Program-made: the position numbers and the translations under genes
The notes under the pieces: generated by a model
What the model saw: the letters and a program-made list of their open reading frames with translations, nothing else
Databases searched by the model: none
Told to the model about the DNA's origin: nothing
Source: Zootoca vivipara
Taxonomy: Eukaryota
NCBI RefSeq assembly: GCF_963506605.1
Contig: NC_083277.1
Location: 19,716,001-19,780,000 of the forward strand
Direction: 5' to 3'
Length of the DNA stretch: 64,000 bases
Shown: positions 38,787-51,400 of the stretch, in pieces
Position numbering within the stretch: position 1 is the stretch's first letter
Layout of the letters: every line of letters starts with the position of its first letter

Positions 38787-40289
38787 TACTTCTTACTTGT
38801 GGACGGGAAGCAGTGCATTTTTGGGGGGGGGGGTGATTTGGTGGGGGAACTCTTCCTGAAGTTTGTTTATTGCGAGCTCAGTCGCAGTGCCATCCTCGCA
38901 CTCACCCACCCAGTGGCTAAATATAAAATGTGATTAATAAACTCAAGCAGACAATGATCTGGATTAGCAATGGCCACAGCTTTGCTGATTACAGATATAG
39001 GTGGGGTTTTGGCTCAGGCATTGGGTGTATATCTGTTCCAGCACCCCCAGCACCCCCCCCAAAATATTTCATTTTTAAAAGGTAAGGGAACTCAGTTCCC
39101 CCAAGTTCCTGCTAAAACAAAACCCCAAAACAAAACCCTGACAAGAAGATACAGTGGCTGGTTGTTGTTTTTAAATTGTTCAGTCTTCGCTTTCTGAGTT
39201 GACTCACGCCTAGTTTTCATTCCTAAGGTGAGCTAATGCCATTTATGCCAACCATGAATATTTTGTTGCTGTTGTTGTTTTAAAACAAACGGCCCTTCCC
39301 TTGCTGCTGGACTCCAACTCCCATCATCCCTGACAACTGACCATGCTGGCTGGAGCTGATGGGAATTGAAGTCCCACAACACCTAGGCGGCCGCAGGATC
39401 CCAGTCCCTGCCTTGTGACCCGCAGCCAAGCTCTGCAGTACACAACATTTACCACCATCTTCCCAAGTCTGCCTGGCTAGCCATCCTCCCTACCTTGCTA
39501 CTGACTTGTCTGCTACTGTACTTCTTAATGCATCAGCACACTTCTTGCTCTTCCATCAAACTCTTATGGTCGAGGAACCCCCCCTCCCCCCAATTTGGTT
39601 GCATTAAGTAGGAATGTGCAACAGTATATGCCAAATATTTCTTCAAGGACTGGAGCAGAATGCACGAATACGCCACTGACTAGTAAAATTCAGGTGACCA
39701 AGCTGAGGTTGTGTGAGAACAGGATGCTGAACTTAGATGGCCCCCGATCCAGCAGGCTCCTCTTGTGTTCATAAGCTAAGCATGGCTGCAGTGTATTCCA
39801 TAAACATGATCCTAAATATCATTCATGGTTAGGGATGCTCTTTAATGCAATTAAAAAAAAAGCTGGCCCTTTTCACTCTAATGAAATTCTTTATCATCAC
39901 AATGGACTCCTGCTTCTGGATTCTCCCATCAGCATATCCCTCTTGAGGGATTGTTTTTGTGTGTTACAATCATGAAAGATGCATACAAGCCCCTCTCCCT
40001 GCCGGAAGTCACAGTCCTCTTATCAATAGCCCTCCATGAGTTAAAGGACATTTTTCAGAAGCAGGCAGTTCACCATATAAATACTGGGGGTTGTATTAAA
40101 CTTTTACTTAAAAGTTGGGCTGGGTTCAACTAAGGAGTTCTGCTATTGATAGCCAGTGCAAGGACTCCTGGTAGCACATTGGGGACCCCTCCCCCCCCGC
40201 AAAATCAGCTTGGGGTGTGTGTGGTTGGGACCACCCAGAACAGCACATGGTGGTGGGGGGTCATTCTGTCAAGCAAACAGAAATGTTTG

Positions 40290-40650
40290 CACTGCCAAAA
40301 GGTTTGTTTTAGCGACCGTGCGGTGGGCCGGAGGGCAGGGGAGTGCGCGCCCGTGCGCATGCGCACACGCACACGGGCGGGAAAAAATCGCCAAAAATCG
40401 CTTGTGCGCATGCGTATGGGCCTCCCCCGACCCGGAAGTGCACCAGAAATGACCTCTTCCGGGTCGGGAGAGGCCCATACGCATGCGCACAAAGGATTTT
40501 TGGCGATTTTTTGGCGATTTTTTAGATCGTCGCTGCGCCGCGCGCCGTGAGAGCGGGCGGCGGCAGCGGGCGGCGGGGGTCGTCGCGGGCCGGATTGGAA
40601 GGCCGATTGGGCCGCATCCGGCCCGGGGGCCGTAGTTTGGGGACCCCCTG
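40290..40650. mobile_element. CpG-rich hAT-derived fragment with internal hairpin
   Basis: 3' TIR-like GTTTGGGGACCCCCTG; hairpin 40382-40512. Confidence 0.7.
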
Positions 40651-41712
40651 TTTTAGCGTATTGTTGAATTCCTCCCATTGAAATTAATGGCCATTACTAA
40701 TGTAGGTCCGTTAATTTCAATGGATCCACTCTTGAGTATAATTGAGTATGACGCACAGAACTGGAATGTACTGGGTAGAGCTTGCCATTGGGCCCTCGTA
40801 GCCTCTTAAAATAATCGGTCAAATAGGGTTTGTGCCTCTGAGGCAATTGTAGGCTTGCCAGCCTCCTTTAAAACTACCCTTTGCCTTTAACACTTGTGTG
40901 ATGGACTGAATCCAACAGGTGAAACTTGCCTTGCCACCGCATTTCCATTCCAAGGGGACTGCCTGTGTCTTTAACAGTTGCATGACAGGCCTGAACTAAT
41001 AACAATATACAGCACTGGAGTGTTCAAAGTACACACCCACTATTCTTCATGTGCACAACAGAGAGGTATCAGCAGGCTTGGAACACAGGGGGATGTTAAG
41101 GTTTGCAAACATGCAAAAATATATATATGTAGCTCTGCTCAGCCCATAAAACACCATGGAGACAGTTGGACTCTCTTGTTTTCGTCAGACACCAGCCTCC
41201 TCCAAAGCTCTTGCCAAAAGTATTGCTTCCTTTCATTGTGTGCTGTACATTTAAGCTCATAGTGGCCTAGAGTCGAGGCATTTCATCCCTGAGGAGGGCT
41301 CAGAGCCCACAGGTTCTCAGCCAGGTGCCTGTCCACTGTGGTGGGCCTCTTCAGTGCTGTATATGGTATGTTGTGACATGTCCATGCCTCCCTGCACTAA
41401 CTGCTTCTGCTTGAGCCTTGGGTTTGGGGGCCTGCGAGTGGCTGTGGGGTTAAAGTGGCATGAGTTTTGCATGGGGGTAGTTGCCTTCTTCCCTTCCTTT
41501 CCCTTGCTGTTGCAAAAGGAGCTGGGCCAGGGTTTTCCTCTCATTTTGGAGGCCGTTGCACAATTCTGTTTGTTTTATTGCTTTCTGCAAATGGCTAAAA
41601 AGCAGCCGTCCATCAGCACGGAAGGGGCGCTCTTTTTTTTTTTTAAAGTTTTAGAGGTTTCCAGGGTCTCTCAGCATCAAGGCAACGTGCTATATTATTG
41701 GTTCCTCCCCAG

Positions 41713-42290
41713 GCCTGGCTGCAATTCACAAGCTCCCCCGCCTCTTCTGCAACGGAAAGGCCATGGCAAGTTGGCAAGTGGTGTGCTGCTCCAGAGCTGG
41801 GTCTCGGCGGCGGCTTCCTAGAACTCCCAAATTCTTCTACCGCAAGGCGGTCATCTCATGCCAGGCTCAGGTATACACCGAGTCCCTGAGTGCTCACGGG
41901 ACCACACTCCTGCCCTGAGAAGCCCCACTGACCAACCCTGCATTTCCCCTCTCTTCCTGCCTCCTTCCGCATCTCCACCCTTGGAGGCTGTCGAAAGCTG
42001 CTTCCCTCTCTAGAAAAACATCTGGCAGCTTTGAGCAGGAGCCGAGAGGTCACCACGCACCCCACCCACCCACCCTCTTTGGACATGCTTCCTCCTCCCA
42101 GCCCAGTAACCGCTGATCCTTCCCTCACCCATATATCTAGGATGAGCAGCAGCTTCCACCCCTGGTACCAGCTTTTGAAAATCAGATGTCTGTATTGCCT
42201 CCGGTGGGGGAAAAAGGAGACTATGAAACCACATGCAATAATTCCGCCACGGCAGCCGACTCGATGCCGTCAGGCTTGGTAAAAATTTGA
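41713..42290 (+). CDS. Candidate alternative 3' exons of TTLL3 (41713-41870, 42141-42290)
   Basis: AG acceptors after pyrimidine-rich tracts, CAG|GTATAC donor, open frames phase-matched to an internal donor at 36915 in the TTLL3 last exon. No homology support. Confidence 0.4.
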
Positions 42291-42993
42291 GAAGGAACTC
42301 CAGGAGAGTTGCACGTAGAAATCCACTCTGGCTTGGAACTTTGAGAAGACCTCTAGTGGATCGTGCAGTGCCCAAATCAATTGTCTATAGATTCTGAAGA
42401 TGACTGGGTCTTCTGCTTCCCCGAAACAACCGCCAGGCTGCAGAATTAGGTTGCTCCTAGGCTCCTCCCCATGACAGGATTGATAACTTTTGGAAGTCTT
42501 CCAACCATCTGTGTGGAAAATGGAGCACCCTGGGAGACACAGCAGAAGGCGAGAGTTTCAAAGCCATGGAGAAAGATCAAAACTGCTGAGAGCGAAAGAG
42601 ACCCGTTAGGTCATAAGAGGGCTCTATCTCACATGCTAAAACAAAGAACCATGCTGGCTGCCCTCTGCCTTTGTCAGTCCTTAACCCAGGGATCAGCATC
42701 TGGTGTGTCGGGAGCACAGCAGGGTTCCCCAAATCTGACCACTAACCAGCGCCCACTGCTGCCAACTCGGAGGCAAGAGTGTATGTGCAGAGGAATTGGA
42801 GTGGGCACAGCTTGATACCATCTATCATGTCCTCAAAATAGCTTCCCAGTAAATACTAATGGCTAACCAGGGCATTAAACATGAATGATAAGCTGGCCAG
42901 CTTTTAAGTAACCAGCCTGTAAATACGCAATTGTCTCCGACAATGAGAGATGGTGGTGGACAAATAAGAGAAATCTTGGCTTTAATACCAGTA

Positions 42994-43235
42994 CAGTTGT
43001 ACCTTGGAAGTGGAACGGAATCCGTTCCGAAGTCCGTTCGACTTCCAAAGCGTTCCAACTTCCAAAGTGCAGCTTCTGATTGGCTGCAGGAGCGTCCTGC
43101 AGCCAATTGGAAGCCGCGCCAGATGTTCGGCTTCTGAAAATCGTTCGAAAACCGGAACAATCACTTCCAGGTTTTCAATTGTTCGGGAGCCGAAGCGTTC
43201 TAGTTCAAAGGCGTTCAGCTTCCGAGGTTCCACTG
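42994..43235. mobile_element. Tigger-like MITE
   Basis: TA-CAGTTGTACCTTGG ... CCGAGGTTCCACTG-TA. Confidence 0.8.
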
Positions 43236-44059
43236 TATAGGAATTTTCAGTGCTATTTTTCTAGAAAAAAAAGAGGTGCCGGAACTTACCACTAATGCTT
43301 CCATTGTTCTCTTAGAAAAGCAATGGTGCCCACCTGAGAGGTGCCGGAACCGAATCCAACGAGTTCAGGCTGAAAAAAAGCCCTGGAAATTTATTTGACA
43401 AAGGCTTCTAGGAATGGGTGCTGGGTTGTTTGTAGCATTTAAATACGTACATTTTGTGTGTATTAGTCTTGCAGTAGGTTTCAGGTAAGATTGTCACTCT
43501 TCCCACACCCCATCCCACTCCAGTAGTGCTCCTGTGATTTTTACAGCTGCCTGACCATCAAATTCAGCAGATGGTACTCCCCCCCCCATCAGTAAAATTT
43601 AAAAAAACAAAAAAGAGCTCTGGATCATACCAAAGGCCTGTCTAGTCCAGCATTCTGTTCTCATTGTGGCAAACCAGATGCCATCAACCCAAACAAGACA
43701 TGGAGGGCAACAGCCCATCTCCAACTTGCAGTCTGCGGCAACTGGTACTCTGGACACAGAGCTAGTGAGACCCTGCATCAATTGGTCTCATCACATTAAT
43801 CCAGAGAAACTTTCACCTCTTGAATTTTTGCTAGTCAGACAGGGAGCGGGGGGAAAGGAGGCAAACCCAACCTTTGGCTAGAAGATGCTCTGTTTAACAA
43901 TATCTGGTTTCGGAAATTCTTCCCTGACAGAAGGCAGAAACAATAGATAGTAATAATTTGTGTGTTGAGTCTACTGTGGAAGCAAACTCGCTGCATTTCA
44001 GACAAATGTACAAGCCTCTTTTGTTCCATACGTTTGCACTAGGAGTTGGATCAGTACAG

Positions 44060-44432
44060 CACCGGCCGGTTGGTTCTTGTATAGATAAACAAAACCGCCA
44101 CCCTATGTTTTTAGAGCAATCAAACTGCTGCGTTAGCTACACCAAAGTGGCCTCCCTGGGGTACAAGCCTGGACAGTGAATTTGGAGGTTCTGGGCTGCC
44201 AGACAAAAGACGACTCCACCCGTTCCAAAGGAAAGCAGAGCCATACATTGGCACTAGCTTGGCTGCAAGAGTTACCAGGTGGTGTTGTACAAGGCACCAC
44301 CCAACCCACTTAGGGACTCCAATCTTGATTTGTGTAGGGTTTGCTCCTTAGCCTTTTCTTCTCCCAAAGATATCCCGCCAGGCAGTGGAGATTTAGGACC
44401 AGTGTTTTCCTTCTCCTAGATGGGCTGCCTCC
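44060..44432 (-). mobile_element. Probable LINE-derived (RTE/Vingi-like) 5' fragment
   Basis: Minus-strand GGCAGCCCATCTAGGAGAAGGAAAAC resembles such 5' ends, from recall only. Confidence 0.3.
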
Positions 44433-44561
44433 AGGGTTCAAGAATAACCCCACCCTAGAGAATAGAGGCTCTTCTGGGCTGCCAATAGCAGCCTGAATCT
44501 TTTTTTAAAAAAATCCTGGCTGTAGAAAAAGGAAATAGCTATTTTATTGGATTAGGAGGCA

Positions 44562-44838
44562 CTTTTCTGCTGCTCCAGAGAAGCGTACACGGAGCAATGG
44601 ATTCAAACTTCAAGAAAGAAGATTCCATCTAAACATTAGGAAGAACTTCCTGACAGTAAGAGCTGTTCGGCAGTGGAATTTGCTGCCAAGGAGTGTGGTG
44701 GAGTCTTCTTCTTTGAAGGTCTTTAACCAGAGGCTTGACAGCAATATGCCAGGAATGCTTTGATGGTGTTTCCTGCTTGGCAGGGGGTTGGACTGGATGG
44801 CCCTTGTGGTCTCTTCCAACTCTATGATTCTATGATTC
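44562..44838 (+). mobile_element. CR1 LINE 3' fragment
   Basis: Similar to 30341-30620 in opposite orientation; TCTATGATTCTATGATTC tail. Confidence 0.88.
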
Positions 44839-45679
44839 ATACTTGGCTTGGGGGTGCAGAGAGGGCAATTATGCTTACCAATGCCCTGCCTCCCCCCCCC
44901 CACTCTGGCCAGTCTTTGCTTCACTTCCTGAAAGTCAGTTCCCCGCGTGATATTTTTGAGTCACACTGGAGCATTATCAATGCTTGGGTATATGGGGGGA
45001 AATTCAGGACTGTTATCTTTGTATATAAAAATCATGGCAAGCGTACTGCTAGTGAAATTCGAGGTGTGGATTTGGGACTGGGTCTAGTCTTTTTTCTTCC
45101 TGTAGTTCCTGCTTTTGTCCCCTCATTCCTCCCCACTTAACATTGCTACCACCTCCACAATCCCCTTATCCTGCCACCAGGCTTAAGGACCAACAAAATG
45201 GTGCCTGGCAGCTGGAGGATTCACATCGGAGGGGATAAAACTGTTTGGTTGCCACAGTGACTCTTCCGTTCCAGAAAACAGAGTTAACCCACCTTCCACT
45301 CTTGGTATTCCCAATGTCTCTGTTTTTACCCAATTAACTGTGTTCCAGATTGCAGCCCAATTCCATTCATCTTATAGAACTCAGCGGGAAAATTCAAAGC
45401 CGGCTCCCTTTCCACGCTGGGTTCTGCTAAATACAGTGCGACACAATTCTGAGAACTGACATGCAGAGGGGAGGGAAAAGGCAAGAGCGGTGATTCAGCC
45501 TATCACTCCCATGGCCAACGCAAAGCACCTGAAAGCTCACTCATTTGCCATGTAGTAGCAATGCAGCCTTTGTTAAATGCCTGTCGGGGGGGGGGGAATA
45601 GGTGTGTTAGGTGGCTCGTGGATTCTGGGTGTATGTGCAAAAGGAAATGTTTTAAAAACCACACAGTATGGTTCTATAG

Positions 45680-46037
45680 CAGGGACCTAGGTGGCGCTGT
45701 GGGCTAAACCACTGAGCCTAGGGCTTGCTGAACAGAAGGTCGGCGGTTCGAATCCCTGTGATGGGGTGAGCTCCCGTTGTTTGGTCCCAGCTCCTGCCAA
45801 CCTAGCAGTTCGAAAGCACATAAAAAAAAGCAAGTAGATAAATAGGAAGCGCTATAGCGGGAAGGGAGACAGCGTTTCCATGTGCTGCTCTGGTTTGCCA
45901 GAAGCGGCTTTGTCATGCTGGACACATGACCTGGAAGCTATATACGCCGGCTCCCTCGGCCAATAATGCGAGATGAGCGCGCAACCCCAGAGTCGGTCAC
46001 GACTGGACCTAATGGTCAGGGGTCCCTTTACCTTTAC
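45680..46037 (+). mobile_element. Sauria SINE, full length
   Basis: GGGACCTAGGTGGCGCTGTGGG head, CCTTTACCTTTAC tail; TSD GGTTCTATAG. Confidence 0.9.
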
Positions 46038-46794
46038 GGTTCTATAGATCCCACAGCCTTCTAGCACGTCTCTCCCATGATTTCAGCTCGAGCTGGCGCT
46101 AGAAATGAAGACATTAGTTCCTTGTTCTAGGAAAGGGAAGACTGACTTCCAGCGGCTCCAGTCCATCAATTCACGTCACGGTGGCCATGCCAGCTGGGCT
46201 TGATGGGAGCTGGACTCCAACATCGGGAGAGCCGCAGATTGATTCCCTGTTCTAGGGCATGGTTTGGCTCCTTATGGCCTCTCCTCCATGCTGAGGGTCC
46301 ATCCTCCTGTATGAAGCTCTAAACAACAGACCGCCTCTGCTCATGCCATGACGGTCTCCATGAGCAGGTTTGGAGCAGCTGCTTGCTAGCATTGTTCTTG
46401 TATTAAAAGGAGATGAAAGAGAAAGGGGAAAAGACCACAGCTTAGTGGCAAAACGTATGCTTGGCATTGCAGAAGGCCCCATGTTCAATCCCTAGCATTG
46501 CTAGTTAGGGGATTTCAAGTAGAAGGGTTGGGGTAAGATTTTTCTTGAGACCTTGAAGAATCATTGACAGTCACCATAGCCAGCATTGAGCTAGATGGAA
46601 CAGTTTGACTTCAAAATAAAGGCATCATCATATGAGATTGATTCTGGCTGGCTCTCCTCTGGAAGTCCACCTGAATCTCACCACCTTCTGGAAGAATTTT
46701 TTAAAAAATTACTTTTATTATTCCAGATATTTATGTAGGCTGTGGTTATATAGTTGTGCTGTATCTTTTGGTTACAATACAAAAGCATGCTATA

Positions 46795-47159
46795 CAGGTG
46801 AAACTCGGAAAATTAGAATATCGTCGAAAAGTGCATTTATTTCAGTAATGCAACTTATTCTCATTATTTTTTCTTTTAATTTTTACAAATGCTTTCTTTT
46901 GGAAATTCCACAGTAATAAAACAAATAGTTACAATAATACAAAAATAAACAAAAACATCACTATTACATTTCATTAATTACATTCCATTTATAATTGACC
47001 CGCCTAACGACAAATAATTACAATTACAACAAATAAAGGCTTGACATATCTTGCTTTGCATGTCATGCATCTATCTCATATACTGGTTTCACCTTTTAAG
47101 TTGCATTACTGAAATAAATGCACTTTTCGACGATATTCTAATTTTCCGAGTTTCACCTG
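46795..47159. mobile_element. Tc1-like MITE, copy 2
   Basis: ~60-bp perfect TIR; TA TSD; core highly similar to 38451-38786. Confidence 0.9.
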
Positions 47160-48535
47160 TAATTTGTTTTTACCTTGTTCTTACTCAAGCTTAAGGTTTT
47201 CACTTAAACAAACAAAAACAGCCCTGTTCCCAAACTTGCCAGCAGGCTGAGACAGAGTCATGTAGCAGGTCAACCTTTTCCCATATAGAGAGGGGCAAGA
47301 AAAGCTCCACCTGTTATATTTCATTATGTCAGACTGCCATTAAAGCAAGGATGGGGAAATTTGTGGTCCTCCAAATGTTGTTATGACTTCAGCTCCCACC
47401 ATAAGCCCCAGCCACTGTAGCCAATGGTTGAGGGTGATGGGAGCTGGAGTCTACCAAATTCGGGGTGGGGGGGCATAGATTCCTTCTCTACCTCACCGCT
47501 ACTCCTGCCATTAAGGGGCACTGACAGTAAAAAGGCGAGTGGCAATTCCATCCACTCTCCAAACGCAATGATTAAAGGCAGGAAGTGGAAGCTTTGACAC
47601 ATTTTTTTTTATTTCTCATTGGTTCCTAAACACTGAAGAGAACCAAGAATACAAGTTTTGTGCGGTTGTGTTTGACATTTGTACAGCTTTCCTTGGCGAG
47701 TCTGTTTTTTAAAAAAATAATCTTTACATCGTTGGTATCTTGCTGGTGGAGTGGTTTGTGGATTGCAGTTTGTGAAAGAGAAATAAACGTCTACCTTTGT
47801 AGCCTGATCTTTGTAGAATTCAGTTTTTCACGTTCTGATCAAAGGGGCTGGGGATTGATTCGTTTTCTTTAAAATGGAGGACGTTGAGAAGCCTGTCATT
47901 TATACGGAAGGGTAAAATCTGAAACTTGACCACGTTACAAAGAAACCACCAAACAGTCTTGGCAGGCTTTGCTTGTGCTAGTCAGAGATTTTAGTGGAAT
48001 GGGAGGGTCATGTACGGCACCAGTGGCGCTCAGGGCACATGCTCTGCATGCAGTAGAGACCAGGTTCAGCCTCTGACAACTCCAGGCTGAGCCCAGGAAC
48101 ACTTCTATCCGAAACCCTGCAAAGGCTATGGCCAGCCTCTGGGCACAGTACTCAACTAGATGGACCAATGAGCTTTCTTACTCTGTATAAAGGAGCTTCC
48201 TAGATTCCAGTCTCTCCCTACTGCTGGCACTATTCCCTTCTTAAAAAAACAACAACACTTTGCTAATTTGTATTATTATTATTATTATTATTATTGTTAT
48301 TATGCTTTTCAAAAATGATTTAAGGGTGATGTCATAACCCAAACGAGATAAAAGAGGATGGTCCAAGTCCAACCGGAGGCTTTTCGAGCCATAATTTTCT
48401 ACCAAGGGCTGATAAACTCCTCATTGGCTAAATGTACAAGTTGTCCCTTACCCAGGCCAAATACCGAAACCTTTAACATCACTTTGTAGTACCTGGAGTT
48501 TCCTCTCCCAACCCTTAAATATATATATATTATTA

Positions 48536-48763
48536 CAGTGTTACCTCTACTTACGAATTTAATGCGTTCTGAACGCACATTCGTAAGTCGAAAAAAAATT
48601 GCAAGTCGAATCCCATAGGAATGCATTGGGAGAAAAAATTCGTAAGTCGAAGCAACCCTATCTAAAAATTCGTAAGTAGAAAAAATCCTATCTAAACTGC
48701 ATCCAAGATGGCAGACGGAGCTCCATTCGTAAGTAGAAACATTCGTAAATAGAGGTACCACTG
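48536..48763. mobile_element. Tigger-like MITE
   Basis: TA-CAGTGTTACCTCTACTTACGAAT ... ATTCGTAAATAGAGGTACCACTG-TA; internal TTCGTAAGT repeats. Confidence 0.85.
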
Positions 48764-50459
48764 TATTTTGCAGAGAAACCCTTGTGTCACATTTGAAAAT
48801 GTTCTTTGATGCCTTAACATATCTAAATGGCCCCTCCTGCTTTCCACTCCATGCATTAAGATTCTTCCATTCTTGCCTCTCTAGCTGACCAAAGACCTGT
48901 AAACTTATTCCAGCGGTAGGATTTGTTTTATAGCTACATAGTGGACAGCGGGGGGACCGCAGCATGCTGCAGCCCTCCAGCATGAGCCACAATAATGCAC
49001 ACAGCTAAGAAGTCTCTCTCTACTTCTCACACACACTTTGGTGATGCTCTGCTGCAGCCTGGCTCCAGATGGCAGCAAGAGCCAAAATGCAAGCAAGGCT
49101 GTGCACACATTTTCCAATCGCTCTTCTTTGTTCTTTCCAAAGTAGCCTAACTGCAGGTAGCACTCTGACACGTACATGCTGCACAACAAACCATAAGCTG
49201 CATTCTTTTAATTGGTGGGGATGGGTGGAACGAGGGGAGAGAGAGGAGGAGAGGAGGGAAATTACCGTACGTAGTTCCTGGTTTTGTTTGGGACAAAATA
49301 AGCTGGCCTTTCCAACCTTTAAAGAAGAATAAGTTGTAGGTTTTTAAACAGCAATCCTCATTCTGAAGGAAGTAAACAATGCTTGTTTCCTATTATTAGT
49401 GTGTGTATATATTTGCCAACAAGAGCCCTGATTCTGCCTCTCGTAAGTTTCACTTGCTGCTGCTAGAAAGCAGGAATCTCTGGCCCTCAGCCCTTGCAGG
49501 AGACTGATCCAGACCCCTCTGCAGCCACCCTCTTTAGAAGAAAAGGAAAAAGTGCCAAGTAATATGGTTGTGCCCAGGTCTGCAAACTCTCTCAAGTGGC
49601 CTGGACCTATGTGTAGAACACAAAACTAGATTCCCCCCCCATAAACATTCCTCTAGTCTGAACTCAACTTGCACCTCTGCACCATAATACAGCCTGAAAA
49701 CAGGATGAACTTGATGCCTGTAATCTTATGCCAGTTACCTCACTTTAAAAGCCTACTCGCACTGCAGTAACTCAACAAGGCTCTCCGGTTACCCTGTTGA
49801 CAGAAAGCCATTGTAAAGATAACCATCTGCCACTCCTAAGAGCACTTGTTCCAACTCTGCGCCTCTTGCCGTAAGTTAAACGGCACCAGTCCAGCGGTTA
49901 TCAAATCAATCTTACTACCAAATTACTAGGCATGAGAACAAGGAAGGTTCACCTTTATCGGATCAATTCGTATCAGCAAAGAAGAGGACAAGCTTTCAGG
50001 TTACACAAAGCCGCTTCAGGCAAGACGGCTGCCTACAAAACCTTGCACTCTCATGCCCCCACATCCTGCATCATGGATGGTGCCAGCTGGTGACTGGGTG
50101 GGGTGGGGGGGCCCTTCCTCAGCAGTGGCACCTTGCTTATGGGACCTTCTGTCCAGGGAGGATGCCATGACACCTGCCCTTCAGTCTGCTCATCACTCGG
50201 GGAAGGCCTTTGTCTTTTCCCCAGACTTTCGTTAAACAGATTTTTATAAATCGCTGCCACGTCTGAAGCTGCGTTTTCATCTTATTGCTATTTAGTATTT
50301 ATTTCATCATGTAAAAGTTACCCTGGGAATATTTATATGGAAGGGTGGCCTGGACAGTTTTAAAAATTACTCTCAGTTCAATAGAAGACACAGAATAAGC
50401 AAAGGGGTCCTTATCTGAAACCCATTCAGCAACAGCTCATTATACTTAAAGGTTCTGAG

Positions 50460-50512
<53 letters not shown>

Positions 50513-50922
50513 CATATCTCGGTTTAAGTACGCTTCGGTTTGAGTACTTTCAGTTTAAGAACTCCGCAGACCCGTCTGGAACGGATTAATCCACTTTCCA
50601 TTACTTTCAATGGGAAAGTTCGCTTCAGGTTAAGTACAGACTTCCGGAACCAATTGTGTANNNNNNNNNNNNNNNNNNNNNNNNNNNNNNNNNNNNNNNN
50701 NNNNNNNNNNNNNNNNNNNNNNNNNNNNNNNNNNNNNNNNNNNNNNNNNNNNNNNNNNNNNNNNNNNNNNNNNNNNNNNNNNNNNNNNNNNNNNNNNNNN
50801 NCACCAATCGGCTTCCGTTCTTAGACCGAGGTAAAGTTCGCAAACTAGGACACTATTTCCAGTTTTGTAGAGTTCATACACCGAATAGTTCGCAAACAGG
50901 GCTGTTCTTAAACTGAAGTACC

Positions 50923-50953
<31 letters not shown>

Positions 50954-50964
50954 ACATATATATG
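50460..50964. mobile_element. Tigger-like MITE spanning an N gap (50661-50801), flanked by (CA)n and (TG)n
   Basis: Ends CAGAGTCATATCTCGGTTTAAG / CTTAAACTGAAGTACCACTCTG with mirror microsatellites. Confidence 0.65.
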
Positions 50965-51400
50965 CTGGATCATCACCTTGTTGTGGTGAGTGGGCTTGCA
51001 TGTTCCTATGACCCTTGTGAGCAAAGCCGTTGGGAATCTCGGACTCCCAGCAGGACTCCCAGCAGGGTCACCCAATGCAGTAAGGTCAAGGGGAAGGAGC
51101 TAGAGAAAGAATGATCCAAGAAGTCCTCCATGGCAGAACAGGCGGATGATAACAAGCGGTATGTTACAACGACTGTGAAGGCGGACGAAGGCTGCAGCAG
51201 ATAGGAATCTACCGGTTTGTTGTGACTACTTCATGCCATCGCAACAGAGCCCCACTGCGAAGACTGTGCGTTGGTCAGCGTGCACTGATCTACACACATA
51301 AAACAAAACCACGCACAGGCGTCTTCCAAAAACCCAACCCAACCATGTTTATGGAAGACAATCTTACTCAGCTACGAGTAATTGCCAAAGAATAATAATA
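50965..51400 (+). mobile_element. Short non-autonomous retroposon, RTE-like 5' UTR plus (AAT)n tail
   Basis: Starts ...TCACCTTGTTGTGGTGAGTGGGCTTGCATG; tail AATAATAATA; TSD ATATATATG at 50956-50964 and 51401-51409. Confidence 0.55.

Noticed and set aside
38860-38905. Minus-strand peptide ECEDGTATE resembling the CIDE-N motif LEEDGT
   Set aside because: Flanking residues do not match CIDEC and there is no supporting exon structure; treated as coincidence.
48580-48750. Regularly spaced TTCGTAAGT repeats resembling a CRISPR-like array (also TCGTCTTGCGA at 58670-58860)
   Set aside because: Eukaryotic DNA; these are sub-terminal repeats inside TIR-bounded MITEs.
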